From assembly GCA_951812825.1 (NCBI GenBank), contig OX638324.1, positions 311,317 to 375,316 of the forward strand: a stretch of 64,000 nucleotides of DNA, read 5' to 3'. The notes under the pieces are model-generated. The model made no database searches. It saw only the letters and a program-made list of their open reading frames with translations, and had not been told where the DNA came from. The position numbers and the translations under genes are program-made. The stretch comes from an uncultured Dehalococcoidia bacterium (lineage in GTDB: Bacteria; Chloroflexota; Dehalococcoidia; Lucifugimonadales; GCA-2712585). Of the stretch, positions 28,054 to 37,446 are shown one piece after another; the first letter of the stretch is position 1; each line of letters opens with the position of its first letter.

Positions 28054-29076
28054 TTGACCACTCCCAACCCTGCGACTAGCATTACCCCCATGCTGTTCCT
28101 CAACAGAACAGAGGTCGAGCGGCTGCTGGATCTCGACGCCCTCATTGATGCTCTGGCGTCAACCATGGCCGAAGTCAGCGCCGGCGAGATATCCCAGCCG
28201 CCGCGCATCGGCGCACAGATCGCCGAGCGCGATGGAAACCTGCTCGTCATGCCCGCCTACCTGCCCGGCTCAGGGTCGCTGGCCGTCAAGCTGGTGAGTG
28301 TTTTCCCCCTAAATCACGCGCTGGGCGTACCCAGCCACCAGGCCCTCATTGCGGTCTTCGACGCCGAAACGGGCGCTCCCGCCGCAGTCATGGACGGCGA
28401 ACACATCACCGCCATGCGCACCGCCGCCGGCGCCGCCCTCGCCACCCGCCTGTTGGCCCGCCCCGATGCGAAAGTCTTGGCCATACTCGGCACAGGCGTC
28501 CAGGCCAGGGCCCACGCCATCGCCATCCCCCGCGTCAGGCCCATCTCCGAAATTCGCGTCGCAGGAAGGGACCCCAATAAGGCCAAAGTCGTTGCCAAGG
28601 AGGTTTCGGACGAACTTGGCGTGCCAACCCAAGGAACAGGCTCATTCGAAGATGCGGTGACAGACGCCGACGTTATCTGCGCCTGTACCCACGCCGATAC
28701 GCCGGTTCTACTCGGCGAGTGGCTCCCCCCCGGCACCCACGTCAATTCCGTAGGGTTGAACTTCCAGGGCCGGGAGCTAGACGAGGAAGTTGTTCGTCGT
28801 TCAAAGCTGTTTGTGGAATCTCGACAAGCCGCCCTTGCTCCCGCCCCCGCCGGCGCCAACGACCTGACCTGGCCCATACGCGACGGCATAATTAAAGAAT
28901 CCCACATCCTTGCGGAAATAGGCGAGCTCGTGACGGGCGCTCACCCCGGCCGTAACTCTGACGACCAGGTCACTCTCTACAAGTCCGTGGGCGTAGCGGC
29001 CCAGGACGCCGTCGCCGCCGGGCTGGTCCTCTCCGCCGCGATCGAAAAAGGCGTGGGCTTGAACATAGCAATGTAG
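28054..29076 (+). CDS. Ornithine cyclodeaminase / mu-crystallin family protein
   Basis: MPA, K.V..FP.N, IT.MRTAA, ILG.GVQA..H, LYKSVG.A.QD. Confidence 0.9.
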   Translation: MTTPNPATSITPMLFLNRTEVERLLDLDALIDALASTMAEVSAGEISQPPRIGAQIAERDGNLLVMPAYLPGSGSLAVKLVSVFPLNHALGVPSHQALIAVFDAETGAPAAVMDGEHITAMRTAAGAALATRLLARPDAKVLAILGTGVQARAHAIAIPRVRPISEIRVAGRDPNKAKVVAKEVSDELGVPTQGTGSFEDAVTDADVICACTHADTPVLLGEWLPPGTHVNSVGLNFQGRELDEEVVRRSKLFVESRQAALAPAPAGANDLTWPIRDGIIKESHILAEIGELVTGAHPGRNSDDQVTLYKSVGVAAQDAVAAGLVLSAAIEKGVGLNIAM

Positions 29077-29100
29077 GGGCAGGTTTGACCCTGCCCCTAC
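29073..29100. repeat. GTAG-tagged palindrome (REP-like)
   Basis: GTAGGGGCAGG-tttgac-CCTGCCCCTAC. Related single-arm copies at about 16916, 27992, 45737, 48975, 54309, 55498, 55541 and 63308. Confidence 0.75.
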
Positions 29101-29139
29101 AGCAATTAATCTAGCGTAATTCAGACCATCTTAATTCTG

Positions 29140-30264
29140 TCAGTTCTTGCCCAGCACCCGCGGCCCGTACAGCCTGACTGAGTTGTCCCACAAAATGTTC
29201 CGCTTCGTCTCCTCCTCGATGTTGTGACCGAGGAAGCTGTCCACCGCGCCCGGAATCGGCGCGTCCGGATGGGGCCAGTCCGTGTTGAAGATCAGGTTGT
29301 CCTTCAGCTGGGAAGCGGCGAACTCCAACTGCCCCTCGTCGGCGTCGCAAGCAACGAAGCACTGACGAGCGAAATACTCGCTGGGCGACAGTCTTACCTC
29401 TTCACCGTACTGGAAGCGGCCCTGACGCCCAACGGCGTGGTCGTCCATCCGGCTCAGCCACCACGGCACCCAGCCGGCGTTGGCCTCCAGGAACGACACC
29501 CGCAGGTTCGGGAACCTGTCCAACACTTCGCCGAATATGAGCGTACCCATGGCCAACATGGCGTCCAACGGGAAAGAAAGGGCGTGGCTCACGGAAGCCA
29601 GCGTCGGAGTGGTCGTGTAGTCCTTGAACACCCGCTGCTGCGAACCGCCTCCGTGGAAGGACGCCGCCAGACTCAGTTCGTCCAGCGTCTCCCACAATGG
29701 GTCGAACTCCTCGTCGGACCACTTCCGGGAGCCGCCCGGGTCGGGAAGGTTTATCGCCGTCGCCTGGGCGTTGGGTCCCATCCGGCACGCCTCTTCGATG
29801 GCCTCGTTCACGTCAAGCAGCGTAACCTGCGCGATGAATTGCACCCGGCCGTCCGAGTCCTTGCAGTAGTCCGTCGCCCAATTGTTGTAGGCGCGCACCA
29901 GCGCAGCCTGCAGCTTGGGGTCGGTGATGCTGCTGGAGGTGGCGCTGTTGCCGTTGGTGGGGAAGCCCACCTGGATGTCCAGCCCCTCCTTGTCGATCTC
30001 CGTCAGACGGTCGGGGAGCGCCCACCAGTTGCGCCAGGCGTCACCGTACCGCTCCTCGCAGTCGGCAAATACGCTCTCCGGTCGAACGGAGCCGCGGCCC
30101 TCCGGAAAGGCTTCGCACGGGTGATAGTTGAAGAGATACCGGCCCACGTGACCGCTCACCAGCGGGCGACGATGATGGTAGGGCTGCTCAACGTAGTTGT
30201 CCCAAATGTCCAGGGGCTCTTGCATGTGCCCGTCCCCGTCGATGATTCTAAAACCGTTTCTCAT
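29140..30264 (-). CDS. Amidohydrolase_2 family protein
   Basis: IIDGDGH..EP, RAYNNW, RFP.LR..FLEA.AGW.P....RMD, TDWPH.D. Confidence 0.9.
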   Translation of the reverse strand: MRNGFRIIDGDGHMQEPLDIWDNYVEQPYHHRRPLVSGHVGRYLFNYHPCEAFPEGRGSVRPESVFADCEERYGDAWRNWWALPDRLTEIDKEGLDIQVGFPTNGNSATSSSITDPKLQAALVRAYNNWATDYCKDSDGRVQFIAQVTLLDVNEAIEEACRMGPNAQATAINLPDPGGSRKWSDEEFDPLWETLDELSLAASFHGGGSQQRVFKDYTTTPTLASVSHALSFPLDAMLAMGTLIFGEVLDRFPNLRVSFLEANAGWVPWWLSRMDDHAVGRQGRFQYGEEVRLSPSEYFARQCFVACDADEGQLEFAASQLKDNLIFNTDWPHPDAPIPGAVDSFLGHNIEEETKRNILWDNSVRLYGPRVLGKN

Positions 30265-30373
30265 TCCTGCCTCCTTAATTCAAACTTGGCGGACGTTACG
30301 TCACGTTTAACCCGCAGAATACTCCCTGAGTAAAAAATTGTCCAGATGGCGAACATGGGTCAATACCAAGAAA

Positions 30374-32572
30374 TCAAGACTTGGAGAGTCCCTTTAGCTG
30401 GTTTAGATATAAGCGAGCCAACCGCAGTTCTTCGTAGTCGAATCCATCACCGAGACGCTCCTTCACCGGCCCCAGAAGGCCATTGCCATTCTCCTCGAAG
30501 GCTGTCTCAATCTTCCCAAGCCTGTCTCCGGTGGGAGCCAAACACCCCAGATCCACAATTTCCCCGCTGCTAACTAAGCGTTCGATGTGTCCAACGATGG
30601 TGGTCTGGGCCAGCCCTCTCTCCGCAGCAATCTCATCCAGGCTGTGTCCCCCCTCCAGCAACTGCTTGGTAACTCTATGGGTAGGTCCCAGGGAACTGCT
30701 GCGTGGCGATCTGTCAGCGCTTCTGCCCCTCCTCATTCCAACCCCGACCCTGTATGTGGTTATGTTGTTGGCTTCAACATACTCCCGAATCAACTTGATA
30801 AACTCAGGCCCGTACTCCCTGAGCTTCAGACTTCCCACGCCGTGAATGCTGCCGAATTCGGACTCATCTTGGGGGTAAATCGCCGCCATTTGCCTGAGTG
30901 ATACGTCCCCGAATATCACGTAGGGCGGGACGCCTCGATCCACGGCAAATTGCCTTCGCAATGCCCGTAGCTGGGAGAATAGCTCCTGGTCGAACTGCAC
31001 AGGGTCAGCGGCCCCGCCGTCCCGTTCCCGCTTGAGGTCCTCCGCCGGCCTGATTAACGATATCGACTCGCGATTCCTTAAGAATTCCCAGCCGGCTTCT
31101 GACAATGACAGCGTGGGATAGTCTCCATTGCTGCGAACAAGCAACCCCTTCGACTCCAGCTGTCCAAACAGCTCCTTCAGCTGCTTCCTGCTGAATTCCT
31201 TGGCGATTCCGTAGACGCTTAATTCATCGTGGCCCGCGGCGGCAATCTTCTTGTTCTTGCTGCCCGCTAATACGTCCACCACGTAATTCGTCCCGAATTT
31301 CTCTCCCGTCCTCACTACTGCGGATAGAATCTTCTGGGCCACCTCAGTTGCGTCGAACGTTGTGCTCGTGTCGAGGCATATGTCGCACGCCCCACAACTG
31401 TCCTCTCCATATTCCTCGCCGAAGTATCCCAGCAGAAATCGGCGTCGACACGAAGGACTCTGCGCATACTGCACTATCTTGTCCAGCTTCTCTCGCGCGT
31501 TGCGCTGCTCCGCGTCGTCTTCTATCTCTCTGATGAAATATTCCTGCTTGACCCTGTCTCCAGGACTGAGAAAGGCCACGCACTCGCTTGGTATCCCATC
31601 TCTGCCCGCCCGTCCAGTCTCCTGATAGTAGGCTTCGATTGACTTGGGCAGGCTATAGTGCACCACCAGCCTCACGTCCGGCTTGTCGATGCCCATCCCG
31701 AAGGCAATCGTCGCCACAATCGCAGGTATTCTGTCCTGGATGAACTTATCCTGAGTCTCCCTGCGCGTCTCTGCGTTCAGCCCCGCATGGTAAGGCAGAG
31801 CCGAAATCCCCCGTTCCCGCAGCTGATGGGCCAGGTCGTCGGTGTCCTTTCTGGAGAAGCAGTAGATGATGGTTGCCTCCCCCCTGTGCGACCCAAGAAG
31901 CCCAACCAGTTCTTCAAACGCTCCACCGTCTCGAGGTCGTACCCTATAGCTCAAGTTAGACCGGTTAAAGCTGGAGACATACATCCGGTCCGACCCTATC
32001 TCCAACTGGTCGGCGATGTCCTCGCGTACCTTCTCTGTAGCGGTCGCCGTCAGGGCTATGACGGGCGTCGACGGAAAGCTCCGCCGCAGTTCCAACAGGT
32101 TGCGATAGTCCGGACGAAACTCGTGCCCCCACTCGGAAATGCAGTGAGCCTCGTCGATGGCTATCAGGTTGAGATTGGCGTCCTGCAGAAAACGGCGAAA
32201 ACCGGGAACGGGAAGTCGCTCAGGCGCCACATACAGGAGCTTAACGGTTCCATCCCTAACTTCTTTCTGTACCTGCCAACTCTCCCTGTAGGAGAGGCTG
32301 GAATTGATGAATCGAGAGGGAATGCCGTTTGCGTTCAGGGCGTCCACCTGGTCCTTCATCAAGGCAATCAGGGGTGAGACCACCAAAGTAACGCCATTAA
32401 AGGCCAGGGCCGGGAGTTGATAGCAGAGAGACTTGCCGCCCCCTGTCGGCATGACGGCCAGCACGTCCCGCTTGGCCAGTACGTCCTCGATAATCTGCTT
32501 CTGCGGGTGCCAGAAGCGATCATACCCAAATCTGGCCTTGAGGATTGACAGAATATCAACCGAGTTGGTCAT
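30374..32572 (-). CDS. recQ: ATP-dependent DNA helicase RecQ (with RQC, HRDC and C-terminal HTH)
   Basis: MPTGGGKSLCYQLP, DEAHCISEWGH.FRP, LTATAT, YYQE.GRAGRDG, Zn-binding CRR...C..CD.C, HRDC VPPYVIF.D. Confidence 0.96.
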   Translation of the reverse strand: MTNSVDILSILKARFGYDRFWHPQKQIIEDVLAKRDVLAVMPTGGGKSLCYQLPALAFNGVTLVVSPLIALMKDQVDALNANGIPSRFINSSLSYRESWQVQKEVRDGTVKLLYVAPERLPVPGFRRFLQDANLNLIAIDEAHCISEWGHEFRPDYRNLLELRRSFPSTPVIALTATATEKVREDIADQLEIGSDRMYVSSFNRSNLSYRVRPRDGGAFEELVGLLGSHRGEATIIYCFSRKDTDDLAHQLRERGISALPYHAGLNAETRRETQDKFIQDRIPAIVATIAFGMGIDKPDVRLVVHYSLPKSIEAYYQETGRAGRDGIPSECVAFLSPGDRVKQEYFIREIEDDAEQRNAREKLDKIVQYAQSPSCRRRFLLGYFGEEYGEDSCGACDICLDTSTTFDATEVAQKILSAVVRTGEKFGTNYVVDVLAGSKNKKIAAAGHDELSVYGIAKEFSRKQLKELFGQLESKGLLVRSNGDYPTLSLSEAGWEFLRNRESISLIRPAEDLKRERDGGAADPVQFDQELFSQLRALRRQFAVDRGVPPYVIFGDVSLRQMAAIYPQDESEFGSIHGVGSLKLREYGPEFIKLIREYVEANNITTYRVGVGMRRGRSADRSPRSSSLGPTHRVTKQLLEGGHSLDEIAAERGLAQTTIVGHIERLVSSGEIVDLGCLAPTGDRLGKIETAFEENGNGLLGPVKERLGDGFDYEELRLARLYLNQLKGLSKS

Positions 32573-32639
32573 GTTGCGAAGTAACGTCGCCTACGGCCAA
32601 TCAATAAAGAAGCGGGATTCCTCCTATGGAAAGAAACCC

Positions 32640-33908
32640 CTAGTCCACCACCCGCTGAAACGCCCGCCTCAGCCGCGGCCCGATCTCTCGCAAATGCTCC
32701 AGGGAAGCGTTGCTGAACGCCAGCCGCACGTGATTGTCCGGCTCATGCGCCTTGTCCAGGTAGAACGCCGTCCCCGGCGGGAACAGCAGCCCCTCGTACG
32801 CAGCCGCCTCCGACACCTCTTTCGACGTTGCCCCGAGGCACTCGAACCAGAAGAAGAACCCCCCGCCCGGCGCGTTGAACCGCACGTAAGGCTCGCAATG
32901 TTCCCGCAGCGACTCGGCCAGCGTCGCGCACTTCTCCGCGTACACGGGCCGCATCTTCAATATGTGGGGATCCAGCCTGCCTGACGATATGAACTCCGCC
33001 AGCATATGCAACAGCAACGGACTGGTGCCCATGTCGAACCGCACCCGGCCCAGCGCGTCGATGTGCTCTTTTGAAGCCTGAATCCAGCCGGCCCGCAGTC
33101 CCGTAGCGATTACCTTGCTGAAGGTGCCTATCTTCAACACCCCCGCCCCGTTGGCCATGGAATATATCGACTGGGGCGGCGCTTCATCAAAAAACAACTC
33201 GCTATAGGTGGCGTCCTCCACGATGAACACCTGCTCACGGGCGCACAGGTCGATAAGCTCTGCCCGTCGCGACTCGGTAAGCGTCGTCCCCGTTGGATTC
33301 TGGTAGTCGGGATTCAGGTAGACGAGCTTGACCCGCTTCCCTTCCGACTTCGCCCGCTGAATCGCCTCGGCCACCCCATCCACGGAGATACCGTCGTCCT
33401 CCACCTCCACCTCAATCAGCTCCGCCATGTGCCCACGAATGGCCCGCGTGGTGCCGGAATAGGACGGCCCTTCTACGACGACCACGTCGCCGGGGTCAAT
33501 GAACGCCTGGCACAAATTGTCCAGACACCCCGAACCGCCGTTGTGGACAATGAAATTGTCCGGCTCGAAGCTCATCCCATCCAGAACGGTTTGCCGCTCC
33601 GCCATAACCTCCCGGAGCCCTTCGAAGCCCAGAACGCCGCCATATCTGAGCACTTCCTTGGCCTTACTGTTCAGGATACGCGCCAGGGCCGCCTCCAACT
33701 CCCCCGACGGCAAGCTCGCCGCATCCGGGATGCCGCCGGCGGCGATGATGGGGTCCGGATGGGGAACGGGCAACTGCCACCCTGCGCCGGCGTCGGTGGG
33801 CGTGCCCGCCCCCACGGTCAGGGCGGAGTTCGACAGATAGTCACGGATGTCCGCCTTGGACCACACTTCCGCCGCCTCGGTCGCGGCGCTTCCTGGTTTT
33901 GTAGTCAT
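32640..33908 (-). CDS. PLP-dependent class I/II aminotransferase (ARO8/LysN-like)
   Basis: GG.PD, PGD.V.VE.PSY, PD.QNPTG, EDA.Y, GTFSK....GLR.GW, P.GGFF.W. Confidence 0.9.
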   Translation of the reverse strand: MTTKPGSAATEAAEVWSKADIRDYLSNSALTVGAGTPTDAGAGWQLPVPHPDPIIAAGGIPDAASLPSGELEAALARILNSKAKEVLRYGGVLGFEGLREVMAERQTVLDGMSFEPDNFIVHNGGSGCLDNLCQAFIDPGDVVVVEGPSYSGTTRAIRGHMAELIEVEVEDDGISVDGVAEAIQRAKSEGKRVKLVYLNPDYQNPTGTTLTESRRAELIDLCAREQVFIVEDATYSELFFDEAPPQSIYSMANGAGVLKIGTFSKVIATGLRAGWIQASKEHIDALGRVRFDMGTSPLLLHMLAEFISSGRLDPHILKMRPVYAEKCATLAESLREHCEPYVRFNAPGGGFFFWFECLGATSKEVSEAAAYEGLLFPPGTAFYLDKAHEPDNHVRLAFSNASLEHLREIGPRLRRAFQRVVD

Positions 33909-34153
33909 ATCTCTCTCCTATTGCTCCTTACGCTTGCGGGAAGGCCAAACACATCCGCTAAACGCTGTTGAAAGTCTACCACACAAAGCGAATCTGTGAC
34001 GCAATCTCAACACCCGCCTCCCTCCTTCCCGTTCCCTCGCGAACGCGTGGTCCCACTCTTCCACCTCAACCAATGCGCCTCACCAATCTCAGCCCACACC
34101 CAATCCGTCATTTAGGTGAACACCGGAATCCAGAATTCTCCGTCCCCCGCTTT

Positions 34154-34200
34154 TTTCTGAGGAGGCCCGCGACGAAGAATCTGGCGGCGGGGGCCCTCTC
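34154..34200 (+). repeat. REP-like element nearly identical to 38865-38912
   Basis: ttctgaggaggcccgcgacgaagaatctggcggcggggg versus ttctgaggaggccccgcgacgaagaatctggcggtgggg. Confidence 0.8.
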
Positions 34201-34290
34201 CCCCCGGACCCCCAAGCGTGCGTCCTCCAACCCGTTGGTGATAATATGCCCTTTAGACCAAAGCCACGCTCACGAAAGGGAGAAAAAACC

Positions 34291-35967
34291 ATGCCCAGAA
34301 TGACCGGTAATCGCTACATCGCCAAAATGCTTGAGGCCTACGGCATCACCAGCATCTTCCAGGTGCCCACCGCCTTCTTCGGCGTCATGGCCGAGATGGA
34401 GAACATGGACATCCGCCGCGTCGTCACCCACGGCGAAAAGGCCGCTGCCTACATGGCCGACGGTTACGCCCGCGCGACAAAGGGCCCCGGCATCTGCATG
34501 GCCCAGAGCATCGGCGCGGCGAACCTGGCCGCCGGGCTCGCCGACGCCTTCATGGCCCAATCCCCCGTCATCGCCATGACGAACGCCATCCCCGCCGAGC
34601 ACCGCTATCGCCACGTCTACCAGGAGTACGACCACGCCGCACCATTCCACTCCGTCACCAAGGCCAGTTACGAAATCGACAAGGTCTCCCGCATTCCCGA
34701 CTCTCTCCGACAGACCTTCCGCGAGGCCACTACCGGCTCCCCCGGGCCCGTCCACCTCCATGTCCGAGACGAGGCCCTCTACGCCGACGCCGATCTGGAC
34801 CTCGTCATCGAAAAGCGCCACAAGCACTACCCAGCCTTCCGTCCCGAACCCAGCGTGGACCACGTGAAGGAAGCCGCCCGACTGATATCCGAAGCTCGCC
34901 GACCCGTCATCATCTCCGGCGCCGGCGTCATGGCCTCCGAAGCCTGGGACGAGGTGGCACAGCTCGCCGAAATGCTCACCATCCCCGTCGCGACCACCCT
35001 AAACGGCAAGCTGACCCTCGCAGCCGACCATCCCCTGAACGTCGGCGTCGTCGGACGCTACTCCCACTGGAGCGCCAACCGGATAGTGTCGTCGGCGGAC
35101 TTGGTAATCGGCATCGGCACCCGCCTCGGCGGCATGGCCACCTGGGAATGGCGCGTCCCCCCGGCCAACACTCCCACCGTCCAGATTGGCATCGATCCCT
35201 CCGAACTGGGCCGAAACTACCCCGCCACGGCCGCCGTTCAGGGCGACGCCAAGGTCTCCCTTCAACGCCTCATCAGCGTCCTCGAACCCCTTAACCCCCG
35301 TAAGGACGTGCTCGACGAAGTGGCGACCATCGTCGGCGAATGGCGCGAGGAGTTCCGCCCCATGATCGAGTCCGACGCCTCACCCATGAGGCCCGAGCGA
35401 ATGGTCAGGGAGATCGCCGAGAATCTCCCCGACGGTGCAATGGTCGTCTCCGACACAGGCCATTCCGGCATCTGGACGGGCGTGATGATGGAGTTGAAAA
35501 ACCCGGGGCACAACTTCATGCGATGTGTCGGCTCCCTTGGCTGGGGCCTCCCCGGCGCCATCGGCGCAAAGCTCGGCCTACCCAACCGTCCCGTCCTGTG
35601 CTTCACCGGCGACGGCGGATTCTGGTATCACATCGGCGAGCTCGAAACCGCCCTACGACACAACGTGAACCTGGTTATTGTCGTCAACGACAACCGCTCC
35701 CTGAACCAGGAAAAAGGCCCCATCGACCGCGCCTACGACGGGAACGCCACCCAGCGCGCCTACGACGACCTGATGATGTTCTCCGACGTCAATCTCTCCC
35801 AGGTCGCCTCAGCGATGGGCTGCTACGCCGAGCGCGTCGAACGCCCCGCAGACATCCCCGACGCCCTGACCCGCGCCTTCGCCGCCAACAAACCCGCCGT
35901 CCTCGACATGGTCTCCGACATCACCGCCATGGCCCCCCAAGCCCGCGAGCAGGATGTGGTGGGATAG
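34291..35967 (+). CDS. Thiamine diphosphate-dependent enzyme (acetolactate synthase large subunit-like)
   Basis: E.AAAYMADGYARA, A..G.PGPVHL, G.LGWGLP.AIGA, GDGGF...N...N. Confidence 0.9.
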   Translation: MPRMTGNRYIAKMLEAYGITSIFQVPTAFFGVMAEMENMDIRRVVTHGEKAAAYMADGYARATKGPGICMAQSIGAANLAAGLADAFMAQSPVIAMTNAIPAEHRYRHVYQEYDHAAPFHSVTKASYEIDKVSRIPDSLRQTFREATTGSPGPVHLHVRDEALYADADLDLVIEKRHKHYPAFRPEPSVDHVKEAARLISEARRPVIISGAGVMASEAWDEVAQLAEMLTIPVATTLNGKLTLAADHPLNVGVVGRYSHWSANRIVSSADLVIGIGTRLGGMATWEWRVPPANTPTVQIGIDPSELGRNYPATAAVQGDAKVSLQRLISVLEPLNPRKDVLDEVATIVGEWREEFRPMIESDASPMRPERMVREIAENLPDGAMVVSDTGHSGIWTGVMMELKNPGHNFMRCVGSLGWGLPGAIGAKLGLPNRPVLCFTGDGGFWYHIGELETALRHNVNLVIVVNDNRSLNQEKGPIDRAYDGNATQRAYDDLMMFSDVNLSQVASAMGCYAERVERPADIPDALTRAFAANKPAVLDMVSDITAMAPQAREQDVVG

Positions 35968-35970
35968 GCT

Positions 35971-36444
35971 CTATTCCCCCTCCACCCGATAAACCGCCGC
36001 CACTTCCCGCATCCTCGTCAAACTCGCATGCGCGTACTCCGTCGCCTCATAGCGCTGAATCTGCTGCTCTTTCAGACTAAGCCTCTCCGCCAGCTCCCGC
36101 TGGCTCAGCCCCATCGCAATGCGGGCCTGTATCAGCAGCCTGGGGATGTCTGCTAACGCCTTGAGAGAATCCAAATCAAACCCGCCGGCCTTCAGGGCTT
36201 CGTACTCCTTCAACTCCCCCTCCAAGTCCGCCAGCTGGCTGTTCATGGCGTCTTCCTGCGCCTTCGCAATAAGAGGATGAATCCCCCCGTATCTAACCCT
36301 GCTCTCCATGACCACCCCTGCTGTTGCCGCATCTGCAGTCTCACTACCCGCCCCCATTCCGGGCATCCCCGAAGCCTCCAAGGCTTTTCTCAACCGGCCG
36401 GCCTGCGCCCTTGTAATCCTGTACTGCCTTTCGTTTTTGATCAT
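35971..36444 (-). CDS. XRE-family HTH protein (antitoxin-like)
   Basis: MIKNERQY..T N-terminus and LI.ARIA.GLSQ.ELA.RL..KEQQIQRYEA HTH. Overlaps the upstream gene by 4 nt. Confidence 0.85.
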   Translation of the reverse strand: MIKNERQYRITRAQAGRLRKALEASGMPGMGAGSETADAATAGVVMESRVRYGGIHPLIAKAQEDAMNSQLADLEGELKEYEALKAGGFDLDSLKALADIPRLLIQARIAMGLSQRELAERLSLKEQQIQRYEATEYAHASLTRMREVAAVYRVEGE

Positions 36445-36881
36445 TTCAATTCCCCCAAATCAATAGCTATTATACCCTTCCGCCTTCCAGTGTCCCTGTC
36501 CGTTTGGAAGAATTCTAGGAAGGAGAACCCGTCTCCAACCGCATCGAATGATGCCGGAAACAGCTCTCCCAAATATTTTGCTTTCTGTTCAGCCCTCCCA
36601 TGTTCAAATGTGAGCAGCACGGGGTCAAGGATTATGGGATCAACCCCATCCACTTCCCAACAAGCGTCAAAGTCTCCCGGTATCTCCTTGTCCGTCACAA
36701 AGCTCCCATCCACATACATTATTTTGCATCCCGCGTCTCTCAAGCTGGTCATCGCCGCCCTCAACCCGTTTAAGAGTAGCTTCCTCCACTCGGTCCCACC
36801 GAATCTATCCGCAAGCTCGCCCCAGGAAGCTCTATGAACCCCAGCGGGCAGTAGCCCTTTCTCATCAAACTGAGGTATCAC
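36441..36881 (-). CDS. DUF6932-like minimal nucleotidyltransferase-fold protein
   Basis: IP.F...G.LP.G.H, Y.DGSFVT.K..PGDFD (GS-x9-DxD Pol-beta-like motif), FFQ.DR....KGII. Confidence 0.7.
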   Translation of the reverse strand: MIPQFDEKGLLPAGVHRASWGELADRFGGTEWRKLLLNGLRAAMTSLRDAGCKIMYVDGSFVTDKEIPGDFDACWEVDGVDPIILDPVLLTFEHGRAEQKAKYLGELFPASFDAVGDGFSFLEFFQTDRDTGRRKGIIAIDLGELK

Positions 36882-36887
36882 AACACA

Positions 36888-36916
36888 ACGTTATCATTGT
36901 CTTAGTCCCGTGTCAA
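36888..36916 (-). promoter_or_regulatory. sigma70 promoter, probably giving a leaderless mRNA
   Basis: TTGACA-17 nt-TAACGT with TGn extension. The GTG start is 6 nt downstream and there is no SD. Confidence 0.6.
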
Positions 36917-36957
36917 GCCCACCAACTTTTTGCTTGCACAAGGCGATGCCATCCTCA

Positions 36958-37419
36958 TTATCCTCTCTTCCCCACCAGAAACCGCCGCCGAAAGGTGAGC
37001 ACCCGCGCCCCTCGCTGGTTGAAGCCCCGACTCTCCACGTACACTATCCCTCTATCGCCCCGGCTGGTCTCCCGCGTCTCCAGCACCTCGGTCTCGCCGT
37101 ATATGGTATCTCCTATGAACACCGGCTCGTCGTGGACCACCTTCTCGTACTCCAGGTTCGCCACCGCCTGACCGCTGGTGTCGCGAACGCTCATCCCGAC
37201 GACCAGGCTGAAGACCAGCGTCCCGTTGACGAGAATCCGCCCGTGCTGGTGCGTCGCCATGTGGTGAGCGTCGGAGTGCAGGGGATTGTCGTTGCGGGTC
37301 AGCAGCGAGAACAGATTGTTGTCGGACTCGGTGATAGTCTTGCCCGGCCAGTGCTTGAATATCTGCCCCGGCCGAAAGTCCTCGAATAGCCCTCCGTAGT
37401 CCGACCGCTGTTCCGCCAT
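36958..37419 (-). CDS. MaoC-family dehydratase
   Basis: FEDF..G....H..GKTITESDN..F...T....PLH.D, ANL....V.H..PVF.GDT. Confidence 0.9.
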   Translation of the reverse strand: MAEQRSDYGGLFEDFRPGQIFKHWPGKTITESDNNLFSLLTRNDNPLHSDAHHMATHQHGRILVNGTLVFSLVVGMSVRDTSGQAVANLEYEKVVHDEPVFIGDTIYGETEVLETRETSRGDRGIVYVESRGFNQRGARVLTFRRRFLVGKRG

Positions 37420-37446
37420 GTCTCGTTACCCTCCCGAAAATGCGCT

